Notes under the pieces: generated by a model
The model's database searches: none
What the model was told of the DNA's origin: nothing
Seen by the model: the letters and a program-made list of their open reading frames with translations, nothing else
From: the human T2T-CHM13v2.0 reference genome, Homo sapiens
DNA length: 64,000 nt
NCBI RefSeq assembly: GCF_009914755.1
Contig: NC_060948.1
Reading direction: 5' to 3' (one strand)
Shown: piece by piece, positions 1 to 13,600 of the stretch
How positions within the stretch are numbered: the stretch's first letter is position 1
Layout of the letters: each line of letters begins with the position of its first letter
Program-made: the position numbers and the translations under genes

Positions 1-373
1 CCTGGAATAAAGTGGAATGCTACGGTCTCGAATGGAATAAAAATGTATGGAATGGAATGCAATGAAACGGAATCGAATGTCATAGAATGTAATGGAATGC
101 AAAAAAATGGACTCCAAAATCATTGACTGGAAAGGCTGGGTGTCGAAAGGAATTGACTCCAATGGAATGGAATCGAATGGAATGGAAGTGAATAGAATCG
201 AACTAAATCGAATGGAATGGAATTGATAGGAACGGAATGGAAAGGAATGCAATGATTTGGCATGGAATGGAATCGAATGGCATCGAATGGAATGGAATGG
301 AATGCAATGGAATGGAATGTATTAGAATGTAATGAACTTTAATGGAATGTACTCGAATGGATTCGACTGGAAT

Positions 374-388
374 GGAATGTTCTCGAAG
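374..388. promoter_or_regulatory. Canonical heat-shock element motif A (nGAAn-nTTCn-nGAAn), repeated once per unit
   Basis: gGAAt gTTCt cGAAg here, gGAAt gTTCt gGAAg in most units. Motif match only; binding not shown. Confidence 0.55.
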
Positions 389-643
389 TGAATGGACTCC
401 AATGGAATGGATTCGAAAGGAATGGAATCTAATGGAATGGAATTAAATGGAAATGAATCAAATTGAATAGCACGGAATTGAATTGAATGGAATCGAATGC
501 AATGGAATCTAATGAAACGGAAAGGAAAGGAATGGAATGGATTGGAATGGAATGGGCTGGAATGGAATGGAATCGAAACGAATGGAATGGAATCGAACTG
601 AAGAGACTGGAATGGAATGCACTGGAATGGAAGGGAATGTAAT

Positions 644-658
644 GGAAGGTTCTCGAAA
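644..658. promoter_or_regulatory. Canonical heat-shock element motif B, repeated once per unit
   Basis: gGAAg gTTCt cGAAa. Intact in 17 of 18 units. Motif match only. Confidence 0.55.
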
Positions 659-1685
659 AAAAATGGAATCGAAAGGAATGGAATTGAATGGAACGGAATA
701 GAGTCGAATGGAATTCAATGGAATGGAATGGACTAGAGTGAAATGGAATCGAACCACAAGGAATGGACAGGAATAGAATGGTCTCGAATTGAATGGAATC
801 GTATGGAATGGCATCAAACGGAATGGAATGGACAGCCACGGAATGGAATGGACAGCCATGGAATGGAATGCACTCGAATGCAATGGAGTCGACACTAATG
901 GACTGGAATAGAATGGACTCGACTGGTACGGACTCCAATGGAATGGTATCGAATGGAAGGGAATCGAACGGAATGGACTCGAAGGGAAAAGACTGCAATG
1001 GAAAGGTCTCGAATGGAATGGAAATTAATGGAATGGAATGGAATCGAATGAAATGGAGTCAAAAGGAATGGAATCGAATGTCAAGAAATCGAATGTAATG
1101 GAATCGCAAGGAATTGATGTGAACGGAACGGAATGGAATGGAATCCAAAGGAATGGAATAGAATGGAATGGAATCGAATGGAAAGGACTCGAATGGAAAT
1201 CACTCGAATAGAATGCAATTTAATAAAATAGGATCAAATGTAATGGAATGGAATGGAAAGGAATCGAAACGAAAGGAAAGGAGACAGATGGAATGGAATG
1301 GAACAGAGAGCAATGGTATAGAATGGAATGGAATCATCTGGAATGGAATTGAATGGAATGGAATAATATGAAATGGAAAGGAATGGAATGGAATGCCCTT
1401 GAATTAAATGGACTGGAATGGAATGGACTCGAACAGAGTGGAATGGAAAGTGTTGAAATAGAATGGAATGGACTCGTTTGGAATGGTCTAGTATGCAATG
1501 CAATCGACTGGCAGGGAATCAAAAGGAATGTAATCGAATGGATTGGACTGGAATGCAATGGACTCGAATAGATTGGAAACGGAAAGCAAAGGAATGGAAT
1601 GGAATAGTATGGAATGGAATGGAAAGGAATGGAGTGGAATAGACTAGAGTGGAATGGAATGGACTCGAAAGCAATGGACTGGAAT

Positions 1686-1700
1686 GGAACTTTCTTGAAT
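1686..1700. promoter_or_regulatory. Canonical heat-shock element motif C, repeated once per unit
   Basis: gGAAc tTTCt tGAAt. Present in all 18 units. Motif match only. Confidence 0.55.
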
Positions 1701-3412
1701 GGACTGGAATCAAACGGAATGGAATGCAATGCAATCAAATGGCATGGAATAAAATAGAATGAAAGAGAATGAAATGGAATTGAATCGAATGGAATCGAAT
1801 GGATTGGAAAGGAATAGAATGGAATGGAATGGAATTGACTCAAATGGAATGGACTAGAATGGAATGGATTCGAATGGAAGGCAAAGGAATGGAATCTATT
1901 GGAATGGACTGTAATGGAATGGAATGGAAGGGATTGGAATGGACTCGAATGGAATGGACTGCAATAGAAAGGATTCGAATGGAATGAAAAAGAATTGAAT
2001 GGAATAGAACAGAATGGAATCAAATCGAATGAAATGGAATGGAATAGAAAGGAATGGAATGAAATGGAATGGAAAGGATTCGAATGGAATGGAATTGAAC
2101 GGAATGGAATAAAATGGAAGAAAACTGGCAAGAAATGGAATCGAAATGAATGGAGTGTTATGGAACGGACTCAAAAGGAATTGAATGTAATAGAATGGAG
2201 TGGAGTGGACTCGAATATAATGGACTGGAATGGAATGAAATCACATGGAATGGGAACGAATGGAATGGAATGGAAAGGAATGGAATCGAATGGAAAGGAA
2301 TCGAATGGAAGGGAATGAAATTGAATCAACAGGAATGGAAGGGAATAGAATAGACGGTAATGGAATGGACTCGAATTGAATGGACACGAATGCTCAAATT
2401 GAATGGACTCGACTGGAATGGAAACGAAAGGAATGTCATCGAATGGAATTGAATCGATTGGAATGAAATCGCATAGAATGGAGTGGAATCAAATGGAATT
2501 GAATCGAAAGGAAAGGAAGCGAATGGACTGAAATGAAATGGAATGGAATTGAATGGAAAGTAATGCAATGGAATAGAATGGAACGAAATTTCACGGAATG
2601 GAATCAAACTGAATGGAATCAAATCAATGGAATCAAATCAAATGGAATGGAAAGGAATTGAATGGAGTAGATTGGATTGGATGGGATTGGAATGAAATGT
2701 ACTGGAAAGGACTCGAATTTCATGAAACGGAATGGAATGAATTGGAACGGAATGGACTCGAATGGAATGGAATGTCATGGAATGGCATCAAATGGAATGG
2801 CATCAAATGGAATGGAATCGAATGCAATGGAATGCTATGGAATGGAATGGAATGCATTGGAATGGAATGTCCTCTAATGGAATGGATTCGAGTGGAATGG
2901 AATCGAATATAATGGAGTCGAATGAAATGGAATTGAAAGGAGTGGGATCGAATACAATGGAATATACTGGAATGTAATGTAATGAACTCGAATGTAATTG
3001 ACTGGAATGGAATGTACATGAATGGAATGTAATCCAATGGAAAGTAATCCAATAGAATAGAATCTAATGCAATAAAACCGACTCAGATAGAGTAGAATGT
3101 AATGGAATGGAGTGCAGTGCAATGGAATGGAATGGAATGGAATGCAATGGAATGGAATGGAATGGAATGGAATGGAATGGAATGGGATGGAATGGGATGG
3201 AATGGATAGTAATGGACTGGAGTGAAATGGACTGGAAAGGAATGGACTCAAATTGAAAGGGCTCGAAAGGAATGGAGTCAAATGGAATGGTCTGGAATGG
3301 AATGAACACGAATGTAATGCAATCCAATAGAACGGAATCGAATGGCATGGAATATAAAGAAATGGAATCGAAGAGAATGGAAACAAATGGAATGGAATTC
3401 AATGGAATGGAA

Positions 3413-3566
3413 TTGAATGGAATGGGAACGAATGGAGTGAAATTGTATGCAGTAGAAGGGAATAGAATGGAATGCAAGCGAAAGGAAAGGAATGGATTGG
3501 AATGGAATGGAATTCATTGGAATGGAAGGGAATGTAGTGTAATGGACAGGCCTGGAATAAAGTGGA
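3413..3566 (+). other. Target of the classical DYZ1 Y1.1/Y1.2 sex-typing PCR (154 bp, spans the EcoRI and HaeIII/StuI sites)
   Basis: TTGAATGGAATGGGAACGAATGG at 3413 and GGACAGGCCTGGAATAAAGTGGA at 3544-3566 (reverse complement TCCACTTTATTCCAGGCCTGTCC), with GAATTC at 3510-3515. Primer identity is recalled from memory. The segment repeats at each unit junction. Confidence 0.8.
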
Positions 3567-6500
3567 ATGCTACGGTCTCGAATGGAATAAAAATGTATGG
3601 AATGGAATGCAATGAAACGGAATCGAATGTCATAGAATGTAATGGAATGCAAAAAAATGGAATCCAAAATCATTGACTGGAAAGGCTGTGTGGCGAAAGG
3701 AATTGACTCCAATGGAATGGAATCGAATGGAATGGAAGTGAATAGAATCGAACTAAATCGAATGGAATGGAATTGATAGGAACGGAATGGAAAGGAATGC
3801 AATGATTTGGCATGGAATGGAATCGAATGGCATCGAATGGAATGCAATGGAATGCAATGGAATGGAATGTATTAGAATGTAATGAACTTTAATGGAATGT
3901 ACTCGAATGGATTCGACTGGAATGGAATGTTCTGGAAGTGAATGGACTCCAATGGAATGGATTCAAAAGGAATGGAATCGTACGGAATGGAATCTAATGG
4001 AATGGAATTAAATGGAAGTGAATCAAATTGAATAGCACGGAATTGAATTGAATGGAATGGAATGCAACGGAATCTAATGAAACGGAAAGGAAAGGAATGG
4101 AATGGAATGGAATGGGCTGGAATGGAAAGGAATCGAAACGAATGGAATGCAATCGAACTGAAGAGACTGGAATGGAATGCACTGGAATGGAAGGGAGTTT
4201 AATGGAAGTTTCCCGAAAAAAATGGAATCGAATGGAATGGAATTGAATGGAACGGAATAGAGTCGAATGGAATTGAATGGAATGGAATGGACTAGAGTGA
4301 AATGGAATCGAACCACAAGGAATGGACAGGAATAGAATGGTCTCGAATTGAATGGAATCGTATGGAATGGCATCAAACGGAATGGAATGGACAGCCACGG
4401 AATGGAATGCACTCGAATGCAATGGAGTCGAAACTAATGGACTGGAATAGAATGGACTCGACTGGTACGGACTCCAATGGAATGGAATTGAATGGAAGGG
4501 AATCGAACGGAATGGACTCGAGGGGAAAAGACTGCAATGGAAAGGTCTCGAATGGAATGGAAATTAATGGAATGGAATGGAATCGAATGAAATGGAGTCA
4601 AAAGGAATGGAATCGAATGGCAAGAAATCGAATGTAATGGAATCGCAAGGAATTGATGTGAATGGAGCGGAATGGAATGGAATCCAAAGGAATGGAATCG
4701 AATGGAAAGGACTCGAATGGAAATCACTCGAATAGAATGCAATTTAATAAAATAGGATCAAATTTAATGGAATGGAATGGAAAGGAATCGAAACGAAAGG
4801 AATGGAGACAGATGGAATGGAATGGAACAGAGAGCAATGGTATAGAATGGAATGGAATCATCTGGAATGGAATTGAATGGAATGGAATAATATGAAATGG
4901 AATGGAATGGAATGGAATGGAATGCCCTTGAATTAAATGGACTGGAATGGAATGGACTCGAACAGAGTGGAATGGAAAGTGTTGAGATAGAATGGAATGG
5001 ACTCCTTTGGAATGGTGTAGTATGCAATGCAATCGACTGGCAGGGAATCAAAAGGAATGTAATGGAATGGATTGGACTGGAATGCAATGGACTCGAATAG
5101 ATTGGAAACGGAATGCAAAGGAATGGAATGGAATAGGATGGAATGGAATGGAAAGGAATGGAGTGGAATAGACTAGAGTGGAATGGAATGGACTGGAAAG
5201 CAATGGACTGGAATGGAACTTTCTTGAATGGACTGGAATCAAACGGAATAGAATGCAATGCAATCAAATGGCATGGAATAAAATAGAATGAAAGAGAATC
5301 AAATGGAATTGAATCGAATGGAATCGAATGGATTGGAAAGGAATAGAATGGAATGGAATGGAATTGTCTCAAATGGAATGGATTCGAATGGAATGGATTC
5401 GAATGGAAGGCAAAGGAATGGAATCTATTGGAATGGACTGTAATGGAATGGAATGGAATGGAATGGAAAGGATTGGAATGGACTCGAATGGAATGGACTG
5501 CAATAGAAAGGATTCGAATGGAATGAAAAAGAATTGAATGGAATAGAACAGAATGGAATCAAATCGAATGAAATGGAATGGAATAGAAAGGAATGGAATG
5601 AAATGGAATGGAAAGGATTCGAATGGAATGCAATCGAATGGAATGGAATCGAACAGAATGGAATAAAATGGAAGAAAACTGGCAAGAAATGGAATCGAAA
5701 TGAATGGAGTGTTATGGAACGGACTCAAAAGGAATTGAATGTAATAGAATGGAGTGGAGTGGACTCGAATATAATGGACTGGAATGGAATGAAATCACAT
5801 GGAATGGGAACGAATGGAATGGAATGGAAAGGAATGGAATCGAATGGAAAGGAATCGAATGGAAGGGAATGAAATTGAATCAACAGGAATGGAAGGGAAT
5901 AGAATAGACGGTAATGGAATGGACTCGAATAGAATGGACACGAATGCTCAAATTGAATGGACTCGAATGGAATGGAAACGAAAGGAATGTCATCGAATGG
6001 AATTGAATGGATTGGAATGAAATCGCATAGAATGGAGTGGAATCAAATGGAATTGAATCGAAAGGAAAGGAAGCGAATGGACTGAAATGAAATGGAATGG
6101 AATTGAATGGAAAGTAATGCAATGGAATAGAATGGAAGGAAATTTCACGGAATGGAATCAAACTGAATGGAATCAAATCAATGGAATCTAATCAAATGGA
6201 ATGGAAAGGAATTGAATGGAGTAGATTGGATTGGATGGGATTGGAATGAAATGTACTGGAAAGGACTCGAATTTCATGAAACGGAATGGAATGAATTGGA
6301 ACGGAATGGACTCGAATGGAATGGAATGTCATGGAATGGCATCAAATGGAATGGCATCAAATGGAATGGAATCGAATGCAATGGAATGCTATGGAATGGA
6401 ATGGAATGCATTGGAATGGAATGTCCTCTAATGGAATGGATTCGAGTGGAATGGAATCGAATATAATGGAGTCGAATGAAATGGAATTGAAAGGAATGGG

Positions 6501-7114
6501 ATCGAATAGAATGGAATATACTGGAATGTAATGTAATGAACTCGAATGTAATTGACTGGAATGGAATGTACATGAATGGAATGTAATCGAATGGAAAGTA
6601 ATCCAATGGAATAGAATCTAATGCAATAAAATCGACTCAGATAAAGTAGAATGTAATAGAATGGAGTGCAGTGCAATGGAATGGAATGGAATGGAATGCA
6701 ATGGAATGGAAGGCAATGGAATGGAATGGAATGGAATGGAATGGAATGGGATGGAATGGTATGGAATGGATAGTAATGGACTGGAGTGAAATGGACTGGA
6801 AAGGAATGGACTCAAATTGAAAGGGCTCGAAAGGAATGGAGTCAAATGGAATGGTCTGGAATGGAATGAACACGAATGTAATGCAATCCAATAGAATGGA
6901 ATCGAATGGCATGGAATATAAAGAAATGGAATCGAAGAGAATGGAAACAAATGGAATGGAATTGAATGGAATGGAATTGAATGGAATGGGAACGAATGGA
7001 GTGAAATTGTATGCAGTAGAAGGGAATAGAATGGAATGCAAGCGAAAGGAAAGGAATGGATTGGAATGGAATGGAATTCATTGGAATGGAAGGGAATGTA
7101 GTGTAATGGACAGG
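3551..7114 (+). repeat. DYZ1 unit 2 (3,564 bp)
   Basis: AGGCCT boundaries at 3551 and 7115. Confidence 0.92.
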
Positions 7115-10100
7115 CCTGGAATAAAGTGGAATGCTACGGTCTCGAATGGAATAAAAATGTATGGAATGGAATGCAATGAAACGGAATCGAATGTCATAGA
7201 ATGTAATGGAATGCAAAAAAATGGAATCCAAAATCATTGACTGGAAAGGCTGGGTGTCGAAAGGAATTGACTCCAATGGAATGGAATCGAATGGAATGGA
7301 AGTGAATAGAATCGAACTAAATCGAATGGAATGGAATTGATAGGAACGGAATGGAAAAGAATGCAATGATTTGGCATGGAATGGAATCGAATGGCATCGA
7401 ATGGAATGGAATGGAATGCAATGGAATGGAATGTATTAGAATGTAATGAACTTTAATGGAATGTACTCGAATGGATTCGACTGGAATGGAATGTTCTGGA
7501 AGTGAATGGACTCCAATGGAATGGATTCAAAAGGAATGGAATCGTACGGAATGGAAACTAATGGAATGGAATTAAATGGAAATGAATCAAATTGAATAGC
7601 ACGGAATTGAATTGAATGGAATCGAATGCAATGGAATCTAATGAAACGGAAAGGAAAGGAATGGAATGGAATGGAATGGGCTGGAATGGAACGGAATCGA
7701 AACGAATGGAATGGAATCGAACTGAAGAGACTGGAATGGAATGCACTGGAATGGAAGGGAGTGTAATGGAAGGTTCTCGAAAAAAGTGGAATCGAATGGA
7801 ATGGAATTGAATGGAACGGAATAGAGTCGAATGGAATTGAATGGAATGGAATGGACTAGAGTGAAATGGAATCGAACCACAAGGAATGGACAGGAATAGA
7901 ATGGTCTCGAATTGAATGGAATCGTATGGAATGGCATCAAACGGAATGGAATGGACAGCCACGGAATGGAATGCACTCGAATGCAATGGAGTCGAAACTA
8001 AAGGACTGGAATAGAATGGACTCGACTGGTACGGACTCCAATGGAATGGAATCGAATGGAAGGGAATCGAACGGAATGGACTCGAAGGGAAAAGACTGCA
8101 ATGGAAAGGTCTCGAATGGAATGGAAATTAATGGAATGGAATGGAATCGAATGAAATGGAGTCAAAAGGAATGGAATCGAATGGCAAGAAATCGAATGTA
8201 ATGGAATCGCAAGGAATTGATGTGAACGGAACGGAATGGAATGGAATCCAAAGGAATGGAATAGAATGGAATGGAATCGAATGGAAAGGACTCGAATGGA
8301 AATCACTCGAATAGAATGCAATTTAATAAAATAGGATCAAATGTAATGGAATGGAATGGAAAGGAATCGAATCGAAAGGAATGGAGACAGATGGAATGGA
8401 ATGGAACAGACAGCAATGGTATAGAATGGAATGGAATCATCTGGAATGGAATTGAATGGAATGGAATAATATGAAATGGAATGGAATGGAATGGAATGGA
8501 ATGCCCTTGAATTAAATGGACTGGAATGGAATGGACTCGAACAGAGTGGAATGGAAAGTGTTGAAATAGAATGGAATGGACTCGTTTGGAATGGTCTAGT
8601 ATGCAATGCAATCGACTGGCAGGGAATCAAAAGGAATGTAATGGAATGGATTGGACTGGAATGCAATGGACTCGAATAGATTGGAAACGGAATACAAAGG
8701 AATGGAATGGAATAGTAGGGAATGGAATGGAAAGGAATGGAGTGGAATAGACTAGAGTGGAATGGAATGGACTGGAAAGCAATGGACTGGAATGGAACTT
8801 TCTTGAATGGACTGGAATCAAACGGAATGGAATGCAATGCAATCAAATGGCATGGAATAAAATAGAATGAAAGAGAATCAAATGGAATTGAATCGAATGG
8901 AATAGAATGGATTGGAAAGGAATAGAATGGAATGGAATGGAATTGACTCAAATGGAATGGACTAGAATGGAATGGATTCGAATGGAAGGCAAAGGAATGG
9001 AATCTATTGGAATGGACTGTAATGGAATGGAATGGAAGGGATTGGAATGGACTCGAATGGAATGGACTGCAATAGAAAGGATTCGAATGGAATGAAAAAG
9101 AATTGAATGGAATAGAACAGAATGGAATCAAATCGAATGAAATGGAATGGAATAGAAAGGAATGGAATGAAATGGAATGGAAAGGATTCGAATGGAATGC
9201 AATCGAATGGAATGAAATCGAATGGAATGGAATCGAACGGAATGGAATAAAATGGAAGAAAACTGGCAAGAAATGGAGTCGAAATGAATGGATTGTTATG
9301 GAACGGACTCAAAAGGAATTGAATGTAATAGAATGGAGTGGAGTGGACTCGAATATAATGGACTGGAATGGAATGAAATCACATGGAATGGGAACGAATG
9401 GAATGGAATGGAAATGAATGGAATCGAATGGAAAGGAATCGAATGGAAGGGAATGAAATTGAATCAACAGGAATGGAAGGGAGTAGAATAGACGGTAATG
9501 GAATGGACTCGAATAGAATGGACACGAATGCTCAAATTGAATGGACTCGAATGGAATGGAAACGAAAGGAATGTCATCGAATGGAATTGAATCGATTGGA
9601 ATGAAATCACATAGAATGGAGTGGAATCAAATGGAATTGAATCGAAAGGAAAGGAAGCGAATGGACTGAAATGAAATGGAATGGAATTGAATGGAAATTA
9701 ATGCAATGGAATAGAATGGAACGAAATTTCACGGAATGGAATCAAACTGAATGGAATCAAATCAATGGAATATAATCAAATGGAATGGAAAGGAATTGAA
9801 TGGAGTAGATTGGATTGGATGGGATTGGAATGAAATGTACTGGAAAGGACTCGAATTTCATGAAACGGAATGGAATGAATTAGAACGGAATGGACCTGAA
9901 TGGAATGGAATGTCATGGAATGGCATCAAATGGAATGGAATCGAATGCGATGGAATGCTATGGAATGGAATGGAATGCATTGGAATGGAATGTCCTCTAA
10001 TGGAATGTATTCGAGTGGAATGGAATCGAATATAATGGAGTCTAATGAAAGGGAATTGAAAGGAATGGGACCGAATACAATGGAATATACTGGAATGTAA

Positions 10101-10668
10101 TGTAATGAACTCGAATGTAATTGACTGGAATGGAATGTACATGAATGGAATGTAATCGAATGGAAAGCAATCCAATGGAATAGAATCTAATGCAATAAAA
10201 TGGACTCAAATAGAGTAGAATGTAATGGAATGGAGTGCAGTGCAATGGAATGGAATGGAATGGAATGCAATGGAATGGAATGGAATGGAATGGAATGGAA
10301 TGGGATGGAATGGTATGGAATGGATAGTAATGGACTGGAGTGAAATGGACTGGAAAAGAATGGACTCAAATTGAAAGGGCTCGAAAGGAATGGAGTCAAA
10401 TGGAATGGTCTGGAATGGAATGAACATGAATGTAATGCAATCCAATAGAATGGAATCGAATGGCATGGAATATAAAGAAATGGAATCGAAGAGAATGGAA
10501 ACAAATGGAATGGAATTGAATGGAATGGAATTGAATGGAATGGGAACGAATGGAGTGAAATTGTATGCAGTAGAAGAGAATAGAATGGAATGCAAGCGAA
10601 AGGAAAGGAATGGATTGGAATGGAATGGAATTCATTGGAATGGAAGGGAATGTAGTGTAATGGACAGG
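7115..10668 (+). repeat. DYZ1 unit 3 (3,554 bp)
   Basis: AGGCCT boundaries at 7115 and 10669. +15 bp near 9210 and loss of one GGCATCAAATGGAAT near 9930. Confidence 0.92.
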
Positions 10669-13600
10669 CCTGGAATAAAGTGGAATGCTACGGTCTCGAA
10701 TGGAATAAAAATGTATGGAATGGAATGCAATGAAACGGAATCGAATGTCATAGAATGTAATGGAATGCAAAAAAATGGAATCCAAAATCATTGACTGGAA
10801 AGGCTGGGTGTCGAAAGGAATTGACTCCAATGGAATGGAATCGAATGGAATGGAAGTGAATAGAATCGAACTAAATCGAATGGAATGGAATTGATAGGAA
10901 CGGAATGGAAAGGAATGCAATGATTTGGCATGGAATGGAATCGAATGGCATCGAATGGAATGGAATGGAATGCAATGGAATGGAATGTATTAGAATGTAA
11001 TGAACTTTAATGGAATGTACTCGAATGGATTCGACTGGAATGGAATGTTCTCGAAGTGAATGGACTCCAATGGAATGGATTCGAAAGGAATGGAATCTAA
11101 TGGAATGGAATTAAATGGAAATGAATCAAATTGAATAGAACGGAATTGAATTGAATGGAATCGAATGCAATGGAATCTAATGAAACGGAAAGGAAAGGAA
11201 TGGAATGGATTGGAATGGAATGGGCTGGAATGGAATGGAATCGAAACGAATGGAATGGAATCGAACTGAAGAGACTGGAATGGAATGCACTGGAATGGAA
11301 GGGAATGTAATGGAAGGTTCTCGAAAAAAATGGAATCGAAAGGAATGGAATTGAATGGAACGGAATAGAGTCGAATGGAATTCAATGGAATGGAATGGAC
11401 TAGAGTGAAATGGAATCGAACCACAAGGAATGGACAGGAATAGAATGGTCTCGAATTGAATGGAATCGTATGGAATGGCATCAAACGGAATGGAATGGAC
11501 AGCCACGGAATGGAATGGACAGCCACGGAATGGAATGCACTCGAATGCAATGGAGTCGACACTAATGGACTGGAATAGAATGGACTCGACTGCTACGGAC
11601 TCCAATGGAATGGAATCGAATGGAAGGGAATCGAACGGAATGGACTCGAAGGGAAAAGACTGCAATGGAAAGGTCTCGAATGGAATGGAAATTAATGGAA
11701 TGGAATGGAATCGAATGAAATGGAGTCAAAAGGAATGGAATCGAATGTCAAGAAATCGAATGTAATGGAATCGCAAGGAATTGATGTGAACGGAACGGAA
11801 TGGAATGGAATCCAAAGGAATGGAATAGAATGGAATGGAATCGAATGGAAAGGACTCGAATGGAAATCACTCGAATAGAATGCAATTTAATAAAATAGGA
11901 TCAAATGTAATGGAATGGAATGGAAAGGAATCGAAACGAAAGGAAAGGAGACAGATGGAATGGAATGGAACAGAGAGCAATGGTATAGAATGGAATGGAA
12001 TCATCTGGAATGGAATTGAATGGAATGGAATAATATGAAATGGAAAGGAATGGAATGGAATGCCCTTGAATTAAATGGACTGGAATGGAATGGACTCGAA
12101 CAGAGTGGAATGGAAAGTGTTGAAATAGAATGGAATGGACTCGTTTGGAATGGTCTAGTATGCAATGCAATCGACTGGCAGGGAATCAAAAGGAATGTAA
12201 TCGAATGGATTGGACTGGAATGCAATGGACTCGAATAGATTGGAAACGGAAAGCAAAGGAATGGAATGGAATAGTATGGAATGGAATGGAAAGGAATGGA
12301 GTGGAATAGACTAGAGTGGAATGGAATGGACTCGAAAGCAATGGACTGGAATGGAACTTTCTTGAATGGACTGGAATCAAACGGAATGGAATGCAATGCA
12401 ATCAAATGGCATGGAATAAAATAGAATGAAAGAGAATGAAATGGAATTGAATCGAATGGAATCGAATGGATTGGAAAGGAATAGAATGGAATGGAATGGA
12501 ATTGACTCAAATGGAATGGACTAGAATGGAATGGATTCGAATGGAAGGCAAAGGAATGGAATCTATTGGAATGGACTGTAATGGAATGGAATGGAAGGGA
12601 TTGGAATGGACTCGAATGGAATGGACTGCAATAGAAAGGATTCGAATGGAATGAAAAAGAATTGAATGGAATAGAACAGAATGGAATCAAATCGAATGAA
12701 ATGGAATGGAATAGAAAGGAATGGAATGAAATGGAATGGAAAGGATTCGAATGGAATGCAATCGAATGGAATGGAATCGAACGGAATGGAATAAAATGGA
12801 AGAAAACTGGCAAGAAATGGAATCGAAATGAATGGAGTGTTATGGAACGGACTCAAAAGGAATTGAATGTAATAGAATGGAGTGGAGTGGACTCGAATAT
12901 AATGGACTGGAATGGAATGAAATCACATGGAATGGGAACGAATGGAATGGAATGGAAAGGAATGGAATCGAATGGAAAGGAATCGAATGGAAGGGAATGA
13001 AATTGAATCAACAGGAATGGAAGGGAATAGAATAGACGGTAATGGAATGGACTCGAATTGAATGGACACGAATGCTCAAATTGAATGGACTCGAATGGAA
13101 TGGAAACGAAAGGAATGTCATCGAATGGAATTGAATGGATTGGAATGAAATCGCATAGAATGGAGTGGAATCAAATGGAATTGAATCGAAAGGAAAGGAA
13201 GCGAATGGACTGAAATGAAATGGAATGGAATTGAATGGAAAGTAATGCAATGGAATAGAATGGAACGAAATTTCACGGAATGGAATCAAACTGAATGGAA
13301 TCAAATCAATGGAATCAAATCAAATGGAATGGAAAGGAATTGAATGGAGTAGATTGGATTCGATGGGATTGGAATGAAATGTACTGGAAAGGACTCGAAT
13401 TTCATGAAACGGAATGGAATGAATTGGAACGGAATGGACTCGAATGGAATGGAATGTCATGGAATGGCATCAAATGGAATGGCATCAAATGGAATGGAAT
13501 CGAATGCAATGGAATGCTATGGAATGGAATGGAATGCATTGGAATGGAATGTCCTCTAATGGAATGGATTCGAGTGGAATGGAATCGAATATAATGGAGT

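Larger units (their letters stand above)
1..3550 (+). repeat. DYZ1 unit 1 (3,550 bp)
   Basis: CCTGGAATAAAG at 1, next at 3551. Carries a 20-bp duplication, two 15-bp deletions, an A8 run and two extra EcoRI sites. Confidence 0.92.

Noticed and set aside
6-1230. AATAAA polyadenylation signals (e.g. ~6, ~36, ~1222)
   Set aside because: They are one or two substitutions from the GAATGGAA background, with no GU/U-rich downstream element and no transcript evidence.
2714-2728. Additional HSE-like words (CGAATTTCATGAAA; GAAATTTCACGGAA near 2585)
   Set aside because: The spacing gives only two correctly phased pentamers, not a three-unit HSE.
6184-6196. DUX4-like motif GAATCTAATCA in units 2, 6, 8, 9 and 16
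   Set aside because: It lacks the leading T of the TAAT half-site and is easily produced by chance from AATC repeats.
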